Origin: Harriotta raleighana
Lineage: Eukaryota
Assembly (NCBI GenBank): GCA_050575255.1
Contig: JBNZDD010013686.1
Coordinates: 4,398,801-4,456,830 of the forward strand
DNA: 58,030 nt
Direction: 5' to 3'
In this document: positions 12,591-25,994 of the stretch, one piece after another
Layout: each line of letters starts with the position of its first letter
Position numbering within the stretch: the stretch's first letter is position 1
The notes under the pieces: model-generated
The model's input: the letters and a program-made list of their open reading frames with translations, nothing else
The model's database searches: none
What the model was told of the DNA's origin: nothing
Program-made: the position numbers and the translations under genes

Positions 12591-13870
12591 TACACTAGAT
12601 CAGTTATATTAGCTTTGAATAACTGCCATTAGAAGAAAATTAGATCATGCAACAATTTGCTTATACTGTATATAATTTTAAAAAGCTCAAGTTACTGCTC
12701 TTAATGGGATATTGTATATCATTATTTCACCAACATCAAGAAATGCCATTGAATACTTCTACATTGCCATTTATTCATCTGTATACTCATTAGGAATCTA
12801 CACATGTACTTCATTAACTTACAGTGATATGTAATTTTCAAAATTGGTATAGATTTATATTCCAATTAATCCTGCATGACCGCAGCTCATCTTTCGAATT
12901 CAGTTTGAAATGGGAGAATTGTTTTTATTTCAATGCATATGGATTATAGAATCGGCAAGCAACCAATGATTCCATTCGCACGCTTTTTGTGTTGACCTTT
13001 GCTTTAATGGGCAACCTTCATTGTATATGCGGGCTTCACACTACCAAATTTGAAAATGTCGAGTTAATGTCAATGAAGTTCGAGAAGCAACTGGAAGCAA
13101 TTCCGAAGAAAGATGGGATTGAGCAAAGTGGGTGATCACTCCTGGTTTAGTCATTGCCATCTTGGGATAATTGGCCTTTAAACAACAACACCCTTTTTTT
13201 TTTTAACAGGGCCATTCACATTAGGAATAAAGTCTTGGAATACTGCAAAGATGTTTAGCAGCTATACCTATGAAACCAGTAAAATACAAAGTTAGTTGGG
13301 TACAAGCATTTGTGCAAATGTGCACTGTGAAAATTACTTAGAAAGCTAATTTTCTGAAATAATTTGCCTTTTATGCTTTTTTTTTAAAAAGGGTATATTG
13401 TTTTGTGCATAGAAAGATTCCAAGATTTAGATTGTTAAATATAAAAATGGGTTTCCGCATTGTTTAATTGACATATGTGAATGACTTGTATAATTCTATA
13501 ACTCTAGAATTACTTGGGTTACTTCCAGCATAATTGCCATGACGATGCAGGAACATATGGCTTTTCTTATCCCCATTGAGGCCACTGATACTACAAGTGC
13601 TCTTGGTTTACATGAAGTTGATAGATATTTTGGAAGGGCTAATGCAGAAGCTGTACTGAAATTGTTCAAAAAAGGCATTTTTATTTAAAAAGCAAACAAA
13701 TGTAAAAACAACTCGAGTATTGATTCCTCAAACACCTAGCATTGACAATGAAACAAACCTTCATATTATTGTGATTACTAAATTGTCTGAATTAATTGTG
13801 TAATTATACAACGTAATTTCAATCATTGATAAAATTTTAGATTAAAAGAAACTATAATAATAATAATGTT

Positions 13871-14112
13871 ACTCAGTGGCTAGAGCACTCATCTTATAAG
13901 TGAGAGATCTGTGTTCGAATCCAGGCAGGTCAGGGTGAAACCTTGGGCGAGTTTCCATACTCCACACGTCTAATAATAATCTCTCAAAAAAAAACAATAA
14001 TTTTTTTAAAAATTGGTTATTTCAACCCATGATTGTTTATGGGACCCTGCTGTGCATTTTGCCCACAAGTATGCAATCAATTCACTTTACAGTATATTCT
14101 GTCAAGCGCTTT
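13871..14112 (+). mobile_element. tRNA-derived SINE lacking the extreme tail
   Basis: CTCAGTGGCTAGAGCACTC, B box GTTCGAATCC, GGGTGAAACCTTGGGC, body to GTCAAGCGCTTT. Confidence 0.9.
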
Positions 14113-14505
14113 AAAGAGACTCTAATAGTAGTTCTCTAGTTAAGAATTTATTTAGTTGTTTGCTTTCCAATAATGTTGCCATACTTTTTCATATTTGTTT
14201 ACAGAAAAAAATTATTTCATGGAAAAAAAATTCTGTGCATAATATATAGCGTAAACCTGCAACTATTAATTTAGCTTTCAAATGTCTTCTCTGTAGTACA
14301 TCCAGGATTTATAGATGTTCTTTGTGGCATTAATGAATATGTTCGCTTGAATTACAATTTATATAGCATCACAAAACTTCTATTTACATTTGATAACAGA
14401 AGACGCCAGTAGATTTCAATAATTTCATATTTATCACCTTATTAAATATGTAAATTAGGTGAATTTTCAAACCAAACCTGTTCTGATGACCTTTTAGATT
14501 AAAAC

Positions 14506-14726
14506 AATAATAATGATAATAATAATAATCCTTGCATTTGATATAGCACTTTTTACATCTTATCAATGTCCCAAAGCGCTTCACAGAATATACTGTAAAG
14601 TGAATTGACTGTACATTTGTGGGCGGAACGCGGCAGCCAATTGCGCACAGCAGCGTCCCACAAACAGTCGTGGATTGAAATGACCAATTTTATTATTGTG
14701 GTTTTTTTGGAGGGATTATTATTAGG
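14506..14726 (-). mobile_element. SINE, 5'-truncated, low divergence
   Basis: Close match to 38455-38664 in reverse orientation; CpGs retained in the Deu core. Confidence 0.92.
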
Positions 14727-17700
14727 AGAGAGTTTTTACTTTTTAAACAGGTGTACAAAATAAATTGAACACTGCTGTTCATATCGACAAGGAAATAGAA
14801 TCAAAGGGGGAATCTCTTGCAGTGGGGGGGAGCACTTTCAGTAAAAAATGACTATTAGAACAGAACTGGTTAGAAAGCTGCTTCACAGAAGAATCATACA
14901 TTGCTCCTTGGAGGTTTATCATGTACGCATAAGCTCTCCAAATACTTGTTTTTACCATAAATCTTTGAATCTTTGAATCAGTTTCCTCATTGTCGAATTA
15001 CATTTATTTTCTTTCAACTCAACATAGCATCCCCAAGTCGAATCCCCAAGGCAAAGTACAACATGACTTGTGCCTTTCTCCAGCCGTTTAGACTGAACTA
15101 GGTCATCTGTGGTTCAAGCAAAATTTACTTTCCAACAGCCATCAATCTCCACTGTTGATCACATCTGTTTGTTTGCATCAGAAGCTGATTCTTAACATTA
15201 TCACTTTTCAAAACAGTGCGATTATTTTGATCTGTGGCCTTAGTCCTCACCGTTATCACATTTCCTAAATAAACAGATTTTAGAACTCTTTTAACTGCAG
15301 CTTATTGAGAAGATTCAAATCTGTGCAATAAATGCAAACATCTTTCTTTTCCAATGGGCTCTCCCGGCTGTTTTCCTTTAGGCTCTGATTTTGCTGCATA
15401 CAAGTTGTGTAATTGGTAGTGAAACCAAGAAGATTGCAACACCCTTCTGAATGTATCTGGGCTGAAATGATCGACGGGCAGGTATTTCATTATACTGGGA
15501 GACTGCTTTCAGACCTGATAAGGAAAATAAGTGAAGAACTCTAGGTCTTCACCTACTCACAATGTATCCTCCAGAGGCTAAAAAAAACAAATTCAGTAGA
15601 GCACCATGGCATTGTTTCCACATGCAAATGTGTCATGGAATGCAATGCTGTGTTTTACAAAGCATTGCACAAGAAGGATGTGTTTGCATTAACATTTTCA
15701 TGATTGTGATACACCTTGCTATAAGTCAGCATTGATCCATGAGATCAAATGCTTGATTGTGGAAAGGGAGAATGAGATGTTAAATCAACAGGCCAAGTTT
15801 TTCTTTTCTCCCCAGCTATAATTTATTGAACACCAAAGTTAAACATCATTTGGTTTCGCAATCCAGTAGTGGGCAATACTGGAATCAATGCTGATACCCA
15901 AACAGTATTTGACTATGAAAGGTCATTGTTACTGTGATAACAAAAATGAATTAGATAAACCAGTGTAGATCGCATGGTATTAATTATGTTTTAATGTATT
16001 CTGGTCAGTGAATAATTGGATTGTTTTTTGATGGAGGCAAACTGCACCCTTGAGAGAACTAGCTGATCAGATTTTTGTTTGTTGAATAATTGAGCATTAT
16101 ATTTTTTAATGAATAAATAGTGTAGACTGTTTACAGTTTTGAAAACTTTGCATTTATAAAATACCAACTTAAAAAGACCTGCATAAGACTCTGTGTAGAA
16201 ATGGTTAGAAGAAGGGATTTATTTTCATTGCAAAACTACAATGGGTAAAATATATTTTCCAGTTTTAGTACTGTGTTCTATGTATATAGTCAGTTAATAC
16301 AGTGTAGATGCAACCAATTACTTCCCACCAGCTTTGGACTGGGTTTGTTTTTGTTGGTGTTTTTCATTCAAAATCTTAGAAATACTAGAAAAAATCGAAT
16401 GCTATCTTAATTTAACATGGGCCCTTTGAGTTCTGTGTTGTCATATTGAGCAGCCAGGATTATTGTAGTCAGTCTTTTCACATGATTGTATTGCATCTTT
16501 CACTCTGCAGGGATCACAACATGATAGATCCAGTCTATTGTGTTAGCAAGGCAGTCTCCCAGCTATCTTTTGCTCCAGTTTAGCTTTCTCCTTGATCTAT
16601 CAACTTTTCCTCACTTGCTACTTATTGAAAGCTTTTACAGCATGGCAGAAATAGAAATGTTATCATGTGGAACAAAATGAAAATATTTCAAACTTTTTTC
16701 TTTTTTAAAAAATACACTCCAGCCAAGTATAGAATGGAAGAATCTGGCCTAAGTGCTTGATTAATTTATACTCTATCTACAGATGCTTTCAGTGACCATA
16801 AGATGTGCTGAATGAAGCATTTAAACAATCTCATAAATGCAAAGATATATAGCCAGAATAATCTTGCTGTAAGAGCACCCATTATAGCTGGTAAGACATT
16901 AACAAGTGCGTGGAGAAGCATCACTAGCTCTTCACTGAGCAAAAGGCAACTAAGTAGTTGCATCCTGTGGTAGAAAGTGATTCAGTCTGAGTTTAATCCA
17001 TTCCCATCAGTGGGATTCATAACATATAGTACTCAGATTTGGCCTTGTTCCGTGGAGCTAAATTGATCTTCACTGATTTGTTTGTGTGAAAACCTACAAA
17101 GGAGTAGGTAGTTTGCAATATTGTCACTAATTTAACAGGACATTAGCCTTTTAAACCCACCCATTATTTATAGATGTTTTCTAACTGAAGGGTTGTCTGA
17201 ACGTAATTGATGTTGAGACAACATCTTCCTTGGTATTAGCCAATTCACTAAGTTGTCCTTTAAAACCATTCTTCATGATTCTGTTCTCCAGTAAAGCTAA
17301 ACATAAATTGAATGTTAAGCAAATGTTATGAACTCTAGTTTGTAATACTATTCTGTGCTGGACAGATAGCACTCTCAGAAATCCCAAATTCAAATGATCT
17401 GATGGAAAATGATGGCAGAAATCATATTTTAACCTGAGTAATTTTTTTAAAAAGTGAGCATAATAAAAAACTTGTAGTTATGGGCATTTCTAGATCTTAT
17501 CCTGGAGTATGTTTCAATACTTCTAATCCTTTCTCGTTCCTACTTTGGTGATTCAAAATCAATGCTTCTCTGTGGAGATTTGGTTCAGACATTTGGGGAT
17601 ATGTAGTGAGTTAATTGAACAAAAAGAATAGTAATTATATTTGGTTTTGGGGGCAGAAGTTTTGGTTTTTGCCCGAGAACTAATTTGTAACCTCAAAATG

Positions 17701-18574
17701 TGAATTAAATGACGTCCATGGTTGGTAATTTGACCTGCCCTATTCGAATGAGATGCACAGCAGGCCTAAGACAAATGTGTTGATGAGCTCTGTCATCATC
17801 CAGTTGTATGCTTCAATGGATATGACACCACAGCCCTAATTTAATCTCCTCTTGTGAGGACTGCTGTTTGCAGTCAGACGGAATTGGTTGCGCAGTGTAA
17901 TCGTATCCAATCGAGAATTGCTGGACTGTGAAGACCAGTTTCTCTGCATGAAACTGAGAAGGGATTAAACATGCATCACATCATATGGCAGACTATCTGT
18001 TTGCTGGGATCTTCTACTTGGGAGATGCTGGACGTTTTGCCTAAAGAAGCAAAACGTACAACAGGCCAAACCGATGCATTCAGTTCTATCAAGATCTCTG
18101 GTAAACACAATTAATCTTTGACAATTAACATGTTGAATAATGGATTGTTAAATAATCCTATTTTTTCACACATGTGAGCCCTTGTGTTTACAATAGAAAT
18201 GAGACTGATTTGCGTGTCTGTTTTTGATAGAAATTGCCACAACTAATGGAACATTCATTTAAGTAAGAGGAAAAAGAATGACCTGCAGATTAGCTGACAT
18301 TAAACTTAATTAGTAAAATGAGTATCATAGGAAGATACTCAGCCAGGTTTATTAAACTTACAACAAGAAATGCTTCGAACAGTTAGTGTCGCCAAATATT
18401 TCTCTATGACTTACATAGTATGTTCTATGCAAGTTCAAATGGAGCCATATAAGAGTACATATACTGTGCCCATAAATGAAGATAATTCATGCAGTTTATT
18501 TTATATTCTGCATGTAATCACCGCTGAGATCTTATATATGGTTTGATGATTTGACAAATCCTTTGTCTTTGCTC

Positions 18575-18900
18575 ATTGCTCTTTCCTCTCCACCGTGGAC
18601 AATATGAAAGTGCAATCAAATTTCACAACCCACCTCTGCCGTTTAGACACCAAGCACAATACTTGCTACATCGCTTCCCCGCCCCCCCCAACCCTTCTGT
18701 AACCATGGTGCCTTCCTTAACATTGATTCTGTCCATCTTCAGATACTTTTACCCTCATTGTCTGTACTGCTGAAGCTCAAGCTTAGCATCTTTTCAATTT
18801 CCCTCTGACTCCCAAGTCTGATCTGCTGGAGACGCTTATTTGTTCTAAAACCCGTTTGCTTACCTTGCTTCCCTTAAATCGCTCAACTCCAGCCTCCTGT
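18575..18900 (+). mobile_element. probable decayed L2 ORF2 fragment
   Basis: C/T-rich tract with remnants resembling L2 ORF2 coding sequence; no intact motif. Confidence 0.3.
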
Positions 18901-19410
18901 GGCTTAAACTATTCTTTCTTTTTCACTCTAAATTCACCTGCTGTCTCTGCCACTTCACTCCAGCTGAATAACTCAAAAAAAAACTTTTATCTCTAACAAA
19001 ATCAGAGCTATCTACTGTACTTTCCGTTCTGCTAAAATATTATTCTTTAACAATGATTTTTCTTTTGGATTTCCACTAATCAGATGGCCTACAATAAAAG
19101 TAGAGCACAAGAATCTAAAATGTGTATTCCTGTCTATATCAGATGTAGCAGTAGGAATTGTATTCTTGATTTTGGTTGGGTCCTACAAGTATCTGTCCTT
19201 GAGAATGATATTTCACTGGTTCACATTGGCAGAAGGACTTGGTAAATTGCTTGTGTCACTTCTAGACACATTGAGCCCCATGCTTTCCACCTGGCAAGAA
19301 TACAATACCTGCTTTTGAGTTTTAGTTGTCTCACAGGTTCTATCCACATCTTGCGGTTGTTCAACGGAAACGTAATGTCTCACGGTTGACGTGCACCATT
19401 TGCTCAGAGT

Positions 19411-19700
19411 GTCAGCTTGGCTCAGTTGGTAGCCCTCTTACCTCTGGGACAGCAGGCTGTGGGTTCGAGCCCCACACTAAGACTTGAGCTCGTAATCAAA
19501 GATGACATCTGTCTTCTCCCCCCTCCTCCTCCCCCCAACCCCCCGCTCAAGTGCATGTTCAAAATTCCAAGGCAATATTTTGAAGAAGACTTGGGAGTGT
19601 TTTCATTGCCTTGGCCAATAATCTTTCATCAACAGAATTTGATGAATTGATCTTTCCTCCATTTGCTGATTATGGGATCTTTCAGACACAGATTTGCCCA
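19411..19700 (+). mobile_element. older long-form DeuSINE (SacSINE1/AmnSINE-like)
   Basis: GTCAGCTTGGCTCAGTTGGTAGC...GTGGGTTCGAGCCCCAC...GACTTGAGC head; TATTTTGAAGAAGA...TTGGCCAATA and GGGATCTT Deu-core remnants. Confidence 0.8.
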
Positions 19701-22700
19701 ACGAAGTAACTCTTCTGCAAAGTGTTTTATTTATTTATATCTAAATAACATATATATATATATATGTTAATGGGTAAAGGTTCTATATCAAATGGAAATA
19801 TTGTACATTGTGCGGTACTCAGTAGATGAAGGAGTTTTGTAATTTTGGACAGTAGTTTTGTTCATTTTCAAAGTAATATTTTTGGTGAACTAATTACTGT
19901 ACTGAGCAGCAGTTGGCGAAAAATGTGTTGCTGAAGTTTACCTCCCGCAGGGAAGGAGTCACCAGAAAGAATTTCAAGGTCACTCTTCTTGAGCATTGGC
20001 TGTTTCTCTGAACACATGTGAGGGATTTCCCTTGAGCACATTTGCAAGGCAGTGACCAGTAGCAGTTTACATGTTTAGATCGAGCATTAATATATTGACT
20101 TGGCAGGTCAGTAAGCCAAGTGGTTTGGGATTGCAGATCTGAAGGTTGGCCTGAAGACATGAGTCCTTTTGATAGATTATATCTAGACACTAAACTGTAC
20201 AGTTAATACAGTTAACCCCCTTCTATCCAAATATGAACAAAATATAACATCACATAGATTCAATATCCATCTCCTCCAGAGATTCCCCACTCTCTCGCAC
20301 CAAATTGGCTGATGGCAGGATCATTGCCTGACAAAAATGTTCTTTCGCTGTGTTTTATTTCAAGAAGATGTCAACAATTTAAATTCAGCTGCCTTATACA
20401 TGCTAATGTAAGTTCAATCTATGGTAACCTAATGTATCTGATTTGATTCCCTTAAATTCCCCACTATTTTTAGATTCTCTGCAGCTCGTATAGGCAGACA
20501 AAGTGCAGGTAGGCAATTTACTCTTGAGTTTTTCTAAAGCCTGGACAGTGGGACTGTCAAGCTCAGGGCTGTCAAATCTTCCGATATTTGTTTCTCCGGT
20601 GGGAGAGCACTTGGCTCCCACTGAAGTCCTCTAACTGATAGCTGAGACCGGAGCAAATCAGATTGCTCAGACGGGGGACTTCAGGGAATTGAGTGGGCAT
20701 CCCATCATTGAGTTTCTATGTGGATTAGGAAACCAGCACAACCTGATTGCTTCACTCTGGTAAAACACCGAAATGTGTATAGCTCAAGCATTATTGTTAA
20801 ACCAATGTTAAAAAAAAAATCCCAAACGAATCTGACTCTTGGTTTTAATTTATCACTTATGGAATTTTCTCTCTCTAACAGGTTCTATTGCTGTATTGTA
20901 CTGTGTGATTGTTTTGTATTATACCAAATGGCTTTTACTCAGAAATGTATTCAAGAGCCTCGGGGTAATTAGTTTTGATAGAGGAATGCTGGCTTGGTAT
21001 TTTCACATAAAGAGCAGCCATTTGGCCCATCATGTCTGGGACCTCAGTTTAAATCTGAGTACAAATGACAATCCAGAACTAACGAGAGGAAAGATTGCTC
21101 TTTGTTGGTATAAATTAGCAGCACAAATTGGCACCGAATTGACAGTCCATAAGGAAGTGTTGGTGTGAGAAACCGAAAGTTCGCACTTCCACTTTGAGGA
21201 GTATTGGTGTAAAGATCCATTTTGAGGAATAGGAGAGGGAGCTTCACACTGCACCTGTGTGAGCTGTACTTGGCAGGAAAAGTGTATAGCGAAAGTGAGA
21301 GGAGTGTTGCACTTTCCAACACTTGACATCACTCACCTTGAAGGAACACAACATTGATAGAAAAAAAATATGACTCTTTGGTTCCTGAGCACAGCACATC
21401 ATTCCTCGAGGAGATGGAAGACTGGCCAAAGATGGTACATATTGAGATGGCTTTACACAGGCATTTGACAAAAATGTGGCTAGATTATCTTACCTCTCTC
21501 CATTAAAGTTCTTATTACAAGAATAGTTAATTAAGATCGAGAGCTTTTCCTGCCAAAGTGGATCAATGTACCTACAACTTCTTTCCTTTGGGAACTGAGT
21601 AGTGTACCACTTTCAAAGCCAATCTTAATTACGTAGCTATTTAAGAACTAGGTTGCTTGTTCTTTGGCTTTTAAATTGCAAAAAAAAAGAATAAATTATG
21701 TATTTGACCATAATACAGTACAAGCGTCCTCATTGTTTTATTTGCTCTTTGCGCTTAAAACCTGCGCTTCTCTGCAGTAACATAAAGCCATGTGTTTATC
21801 TTCTGCTTCACAATCCATTATTAGACCTTACTGCTGCGTGCTGTGCTTGACCTTCTTGTTCTGTAAAAGAGAATAGATGGTTTTACTATTGAAACATGCA
21901 AAATGCCAAAGGTGCTAACATTTTTAATTCTAGTTGCACTTTGAGGAGGATGGACAATTCATGCAAATATTGATGCAACTCTCGATATGATTGAATTACA
22001 CCATTTAAAGAATTGGTTATTATGCCCCTCCTCCCTACCCTCACCCCCTCCCTCCATCCCCCCTCTCCCACCCCCCCACTGCCCCATGTTTTCTTTAAAC
22101 CATGCTTTACTTAGAAAATTAAGGGGTAGAATTTTCAGAATGCATGCGTTTCTGGGCTGCAGTTCTTGTAAGTGACATTAAACAATCTGCCTCATTCAGT
22201 TTCTTCTGTAATTTAGCATACTGAAGCATGTCCTCGGTTTTGAAAAATGTAACGTTTGCATTAAGTCAACAAAAAGGAAGTGATAAGTTTAAACATGCTT
22301 CCTCGCTTCTGACTCCAACTATTTCCCCCTAAACACCATCAGCCATCTGCTCTGGTGCTGAAACATTTCCTATAGGGATGCACGACTTAACAGATTTTTG
22401 TCATCGCTGCTGTATCAAGTCAGCACTTTCCTATCATCTTTCCATTGAGATAAGGCACTTCACAATTGATGGGATGTCAAAAACGCGCTTATGTGGCAAT
22501 TTAAAGAGTCCATTGGCAGAATGAGGTTAAATGAATCTGTACCTTTGTGATGTGTTTTTTTTCAAAGGATTCAAATTAATGCACCTTTTCTGAATCCTGG
22601 GATTTTTTTTTCTATGAATGCAGATGGAGAAAAAACTAGGATGAAATACAATAATCGTATTTAGATACATTTGTATTATTACATTTGTTATAACTTGATT

Positions 22701-23881
22701 AATCTACTGAAATATAACATTTCCAGATTTGTTAAAAAAAAGAGAGAATTAAGATGCCCAAGTCTTTTGTATCCATTAAGATGCTTCTAACTTAAGACAC
22801 TTGTTTTCAATAATGTACAGCTTCGCTTCTGGATTTCCCATATGGTATTACCACTGCCAATATTTCTACTGACTTCAGCCTTGAAGTCTGCGTTAAGTTG
22901 AACAAAGAAAGAAAATCTGTTCAGTACGAATAAGCCCCTTTACAGAAAAAATAAGCTGTACAGTTTCATCAGGATATGGACCATCGGTTTACAGTAGAAC
23001 GTGATCTCACGCCCCTTGCTGAGTGACATTAATTGATTGACGGATGGACAAAGCGAACATGTACATTTCGACTGCTCGGTTACCTTTGGACATGGACTCA
23101 TAAACTTACAACCCAATGAGCAATGTAGAGCTATCTCATGCTAATTTATTCGCAACCAAACGATATGGATACCTTTTCAGCAGTGGTGCTGCAAGCAGTC
23201 ATGAGTTTTATATACTGTATAGAGCTATAGTGTGTACAGGAACAAACCCCCATCTCTACTTTGTAAACTGCTCACATCAAAAAAACCTGCTTTAAAATTG
23301 ATTTGTGTTTGGTGCTGACAAACTCCTAAGTGTGATCTTATTGTCGGTGACAAGAAATCCATTCTAAGAATATATCCTTTTGATGTGCGCAGTCTTCATT
23401 AGGACTGAAATGAATTGAGCAAACCATATTTGTGACCAGATTACTCACTGATCTTTAAACAGCACAACTAAACTAAAGCGACCTTTGGGAGTTTGGATTA
23501 ATTGGATAAATTAAAACTCTTTTGATTTTGAATTTTTAAAAAATGTGTTTTAAAGATTAAAGCATATCAGCATCGGTATGTCTCATAGTATTGTGCGAGG
23601 AGCAATTGTGTGGAGAATTATTTTGCTAGACAAATCAGAAGACCCTATGAAGCAATCTTATTTTTTGCATAGGTAACTATATCAAGTAAATCAGCAGCGG
23701 TCATCTATGAGGGTGTGAAGTGTACGAATTTCCACCAAATTGCTTTGACTGCAACTATACCTCAAGATATCAAATGATAAGATTGTCACAAATCAGACGG
23801 AAGCTGACAATTGCTGACTTGCCTTCTGCCGAATGAATTCATGTTTTGCAGAGATTTTATTGGCATTTTGTGTTTCCATAC

Positions 23882-23918
23882 AACAATAATCCTTGCACTT
23901 GATGTAGTGTCTTATCAT
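23882..23918 (-). mobile_element. SINE 3' tail fragment
   Basis: AACAATAATCCTTGCACTTGATGTAGTG. Confidence 0.7.
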
Positions 23919-23934
23919 AAGATTCACATTGGGA

Positions 23935-24267
23935 GATTGAGCTCCCTTGTCTAGGCTGACAATCCAATGCATTGCTGGGGGAGTACTTTGTAGTTGGAAG
24001 GTGCCAACCTTCAAATGGGCTTTACACTGAAGACCCGTCTCCCTATTCAAGCAGATATTAAAGATCGCATTACACTATTCAAAAAGAGAAGGAAGTTTCT
24101 CTTGGTAAATTGGTCTTTCAGTTCATGGCTGTGGTGGAACATTGTTGTCGGCAAATTGTCTCCCGCATTTGCCAACATAGTCATCTCATTTTTACAGCAT
24201 ATCATCTATACCACTTGGAGATGACATCCTGACGAGAGACCCAATATCAAACGTAAGGATTATTATT
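23935..24267 (+). mobile_element. older long-form DeuSINE (SacSINE1-like), decayed
   Basis: CTAGGCTGACAATCCAATGC...GGTGCCAACCTTC...CCCGTCT...AAAGATC...CACTATTC...GCAAATTG, tail AAGGATTATTATT. Confidence 0.8.
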
Positions 24268-24619
24268 TTAATCCCTTAGGAATCATTTCCCCTTCCTTCA
24301 ATAACTTGTTTTAAGAAGCTTTGATGAGGATTGTGACTATTATTAATGAAAAGCAATAACATTGAGTTGCAAATTCTGCTACTTTAGCACTGAACAAATA
24401 TTTCATTGATCCAGATTAAGCAGATGTCTGTCATGTTAAAAAAAAGTTTTCTGTGGATGAGAGAATGTTAGTTATATCCATTGAATTGCTAGTGAATAAT
24501 TATTTTTAAGTGCAATACAATTTCCATGAATGATTCAGATGAAATGCACTTAAACATTGAAATTGTTACAAATATTGCACATGAAAGACTGATAACCCAC
24601 ACTGAATAGATAATTAAAG

Positions 24620-24757
24620 ATCATAGAATCATCATAGAATTATGCATCTCAGAAGGAGGCCATTCGGCCTGTCGTTTCTGCCCCAACTCTTTGAAAAGAG
24701 CTATCCAAATCAATCCCTCTCTCCCCATCATAGCCATGCAAACTTGTCCTCCCCAAG
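24620..24757 (-). mobile_element. old CR1 3' end fragment
   Basis: ATCATAGAATC...GAAGGAGGCCATTCGGCC...CTCTTTGAAAAGAGC, homologous to 57646-57760. Confidence 0.85.
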
Positions 24758-24996
24758 GTGTTCAATATAATATGTAAGTAGTATATCGTGATAAAGGGGG
24801 AAAATGAATAATCACAAATATATTTTGGATATCTCTATTTCGTCTTCGAATGTTCTGCTTATAAAAGTTTTATTATGCTGATACTGCACATGATATTCGC
24901 AGAGCAAAAATAAATGTTCATTTTTTTTCTGGGTCATTTTCAGGTCAGCTTGTTTACTGTCAAGTTTCGCATTTTTAAAAAAACCATATATTGTAC

Positions 24997-25008
24997 TGTG
25001 TGTGTGTG

Positions 25009-25042
<34 letters not shown>
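24997..25042. repeat. compound microsatellite (TG)6(TA)9(CA)8
   Basis: Read directly from the sequence. Confidence 0.9.
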
Positions 25043-25724
25043 GCAACAAAAAAGCCAACTCCACACTATCAAATTGCTGCTAGGAAGTTTACAATAGTTC
25101 AAGATTTTTTTTGGATGAATGCATAATAACCCAAATAGAAGATTCTGCTTGAAGAATCTTAAATATTTAAAATACTGGATAACACGACGACATGGGGAAT
25201 GATTTGTCTTGTTGCCAGTCACTATTTTTTTGAATAAGCGGTTTCTATTGGTACCAGCTTAACGTGTTCTAATCTGTTACTGTAAATTGCTCATTTCTCT
25301 TCAACAACAAAATGATAAAACCAATTTAATGAAAAAATAGCTGAATTTCGTTCCATTTCAAACTGTTAGAATTTTGACACTAGCAATGAATGGAGATAAA
25401 CTGCACTTCATAACGTTTTATTCCCGAAATATAGTTAAGTGCCCAGTACTACTTTTTATAGTGCAGTCAATCTGCACATTTACATATTTTATGGAAATCT
25501 AAAGGTTATGCATTATGTATGAGTGGACTTGGACTGTATAATATGAACAGTAATATCACATTATGCCAATCTTTTTTGACGAAAGATGTTCCTATACAAA
25601 TCAAATGTGTGCACTTTAAAAATTCACATTTTGAAAGACACACAGTATATGGTTCCACCAACAGCTAAATTGGTAAAAGTCACTGACAAGAATTAAACTG
25701 ATGATGACTTGAAACCAAGAGAAC

Positions 25725-25953
25725 CAGCGCCATGGTGCATACTCCCAACAAGAAAGGCCTTATACAAGTGTAATTTTGTTGTTGTATACCAGAGAACCAA
25801 CTTGTAAAGTGGGGAAAATGTCTGATAACCTTGATGCTATCCCTACTCTGCCACCTCCCCCTTACTCGGGTCCCATCTGACTGTTCAGCGCCTTGGGATG
25901 TGCCTCCGACGGGAAAGGCGCTCTAGAAATATAATTTTGTCATTGTTGTTGTT
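25725..25953 (+). mobile_element. two tandem L2-type 3' tail fragments
   Basis: GCGCCTTGGGATGT...GAAAGGCGCTCTAGAAATATAATTTTG(TTG)n, with a more decayed copy at 25725-25785. Confidence 0.75.
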
Positions 25954-25994
25954 ATCAGTGATCATCTGAGGAGCACAAATATTCTGATGAGTTG

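Noticed and set aside
13556-13578. miR-135-like TATGGCTTTT
   Set aside because: The match ends after about 11 nt and no complementary arm is visible.
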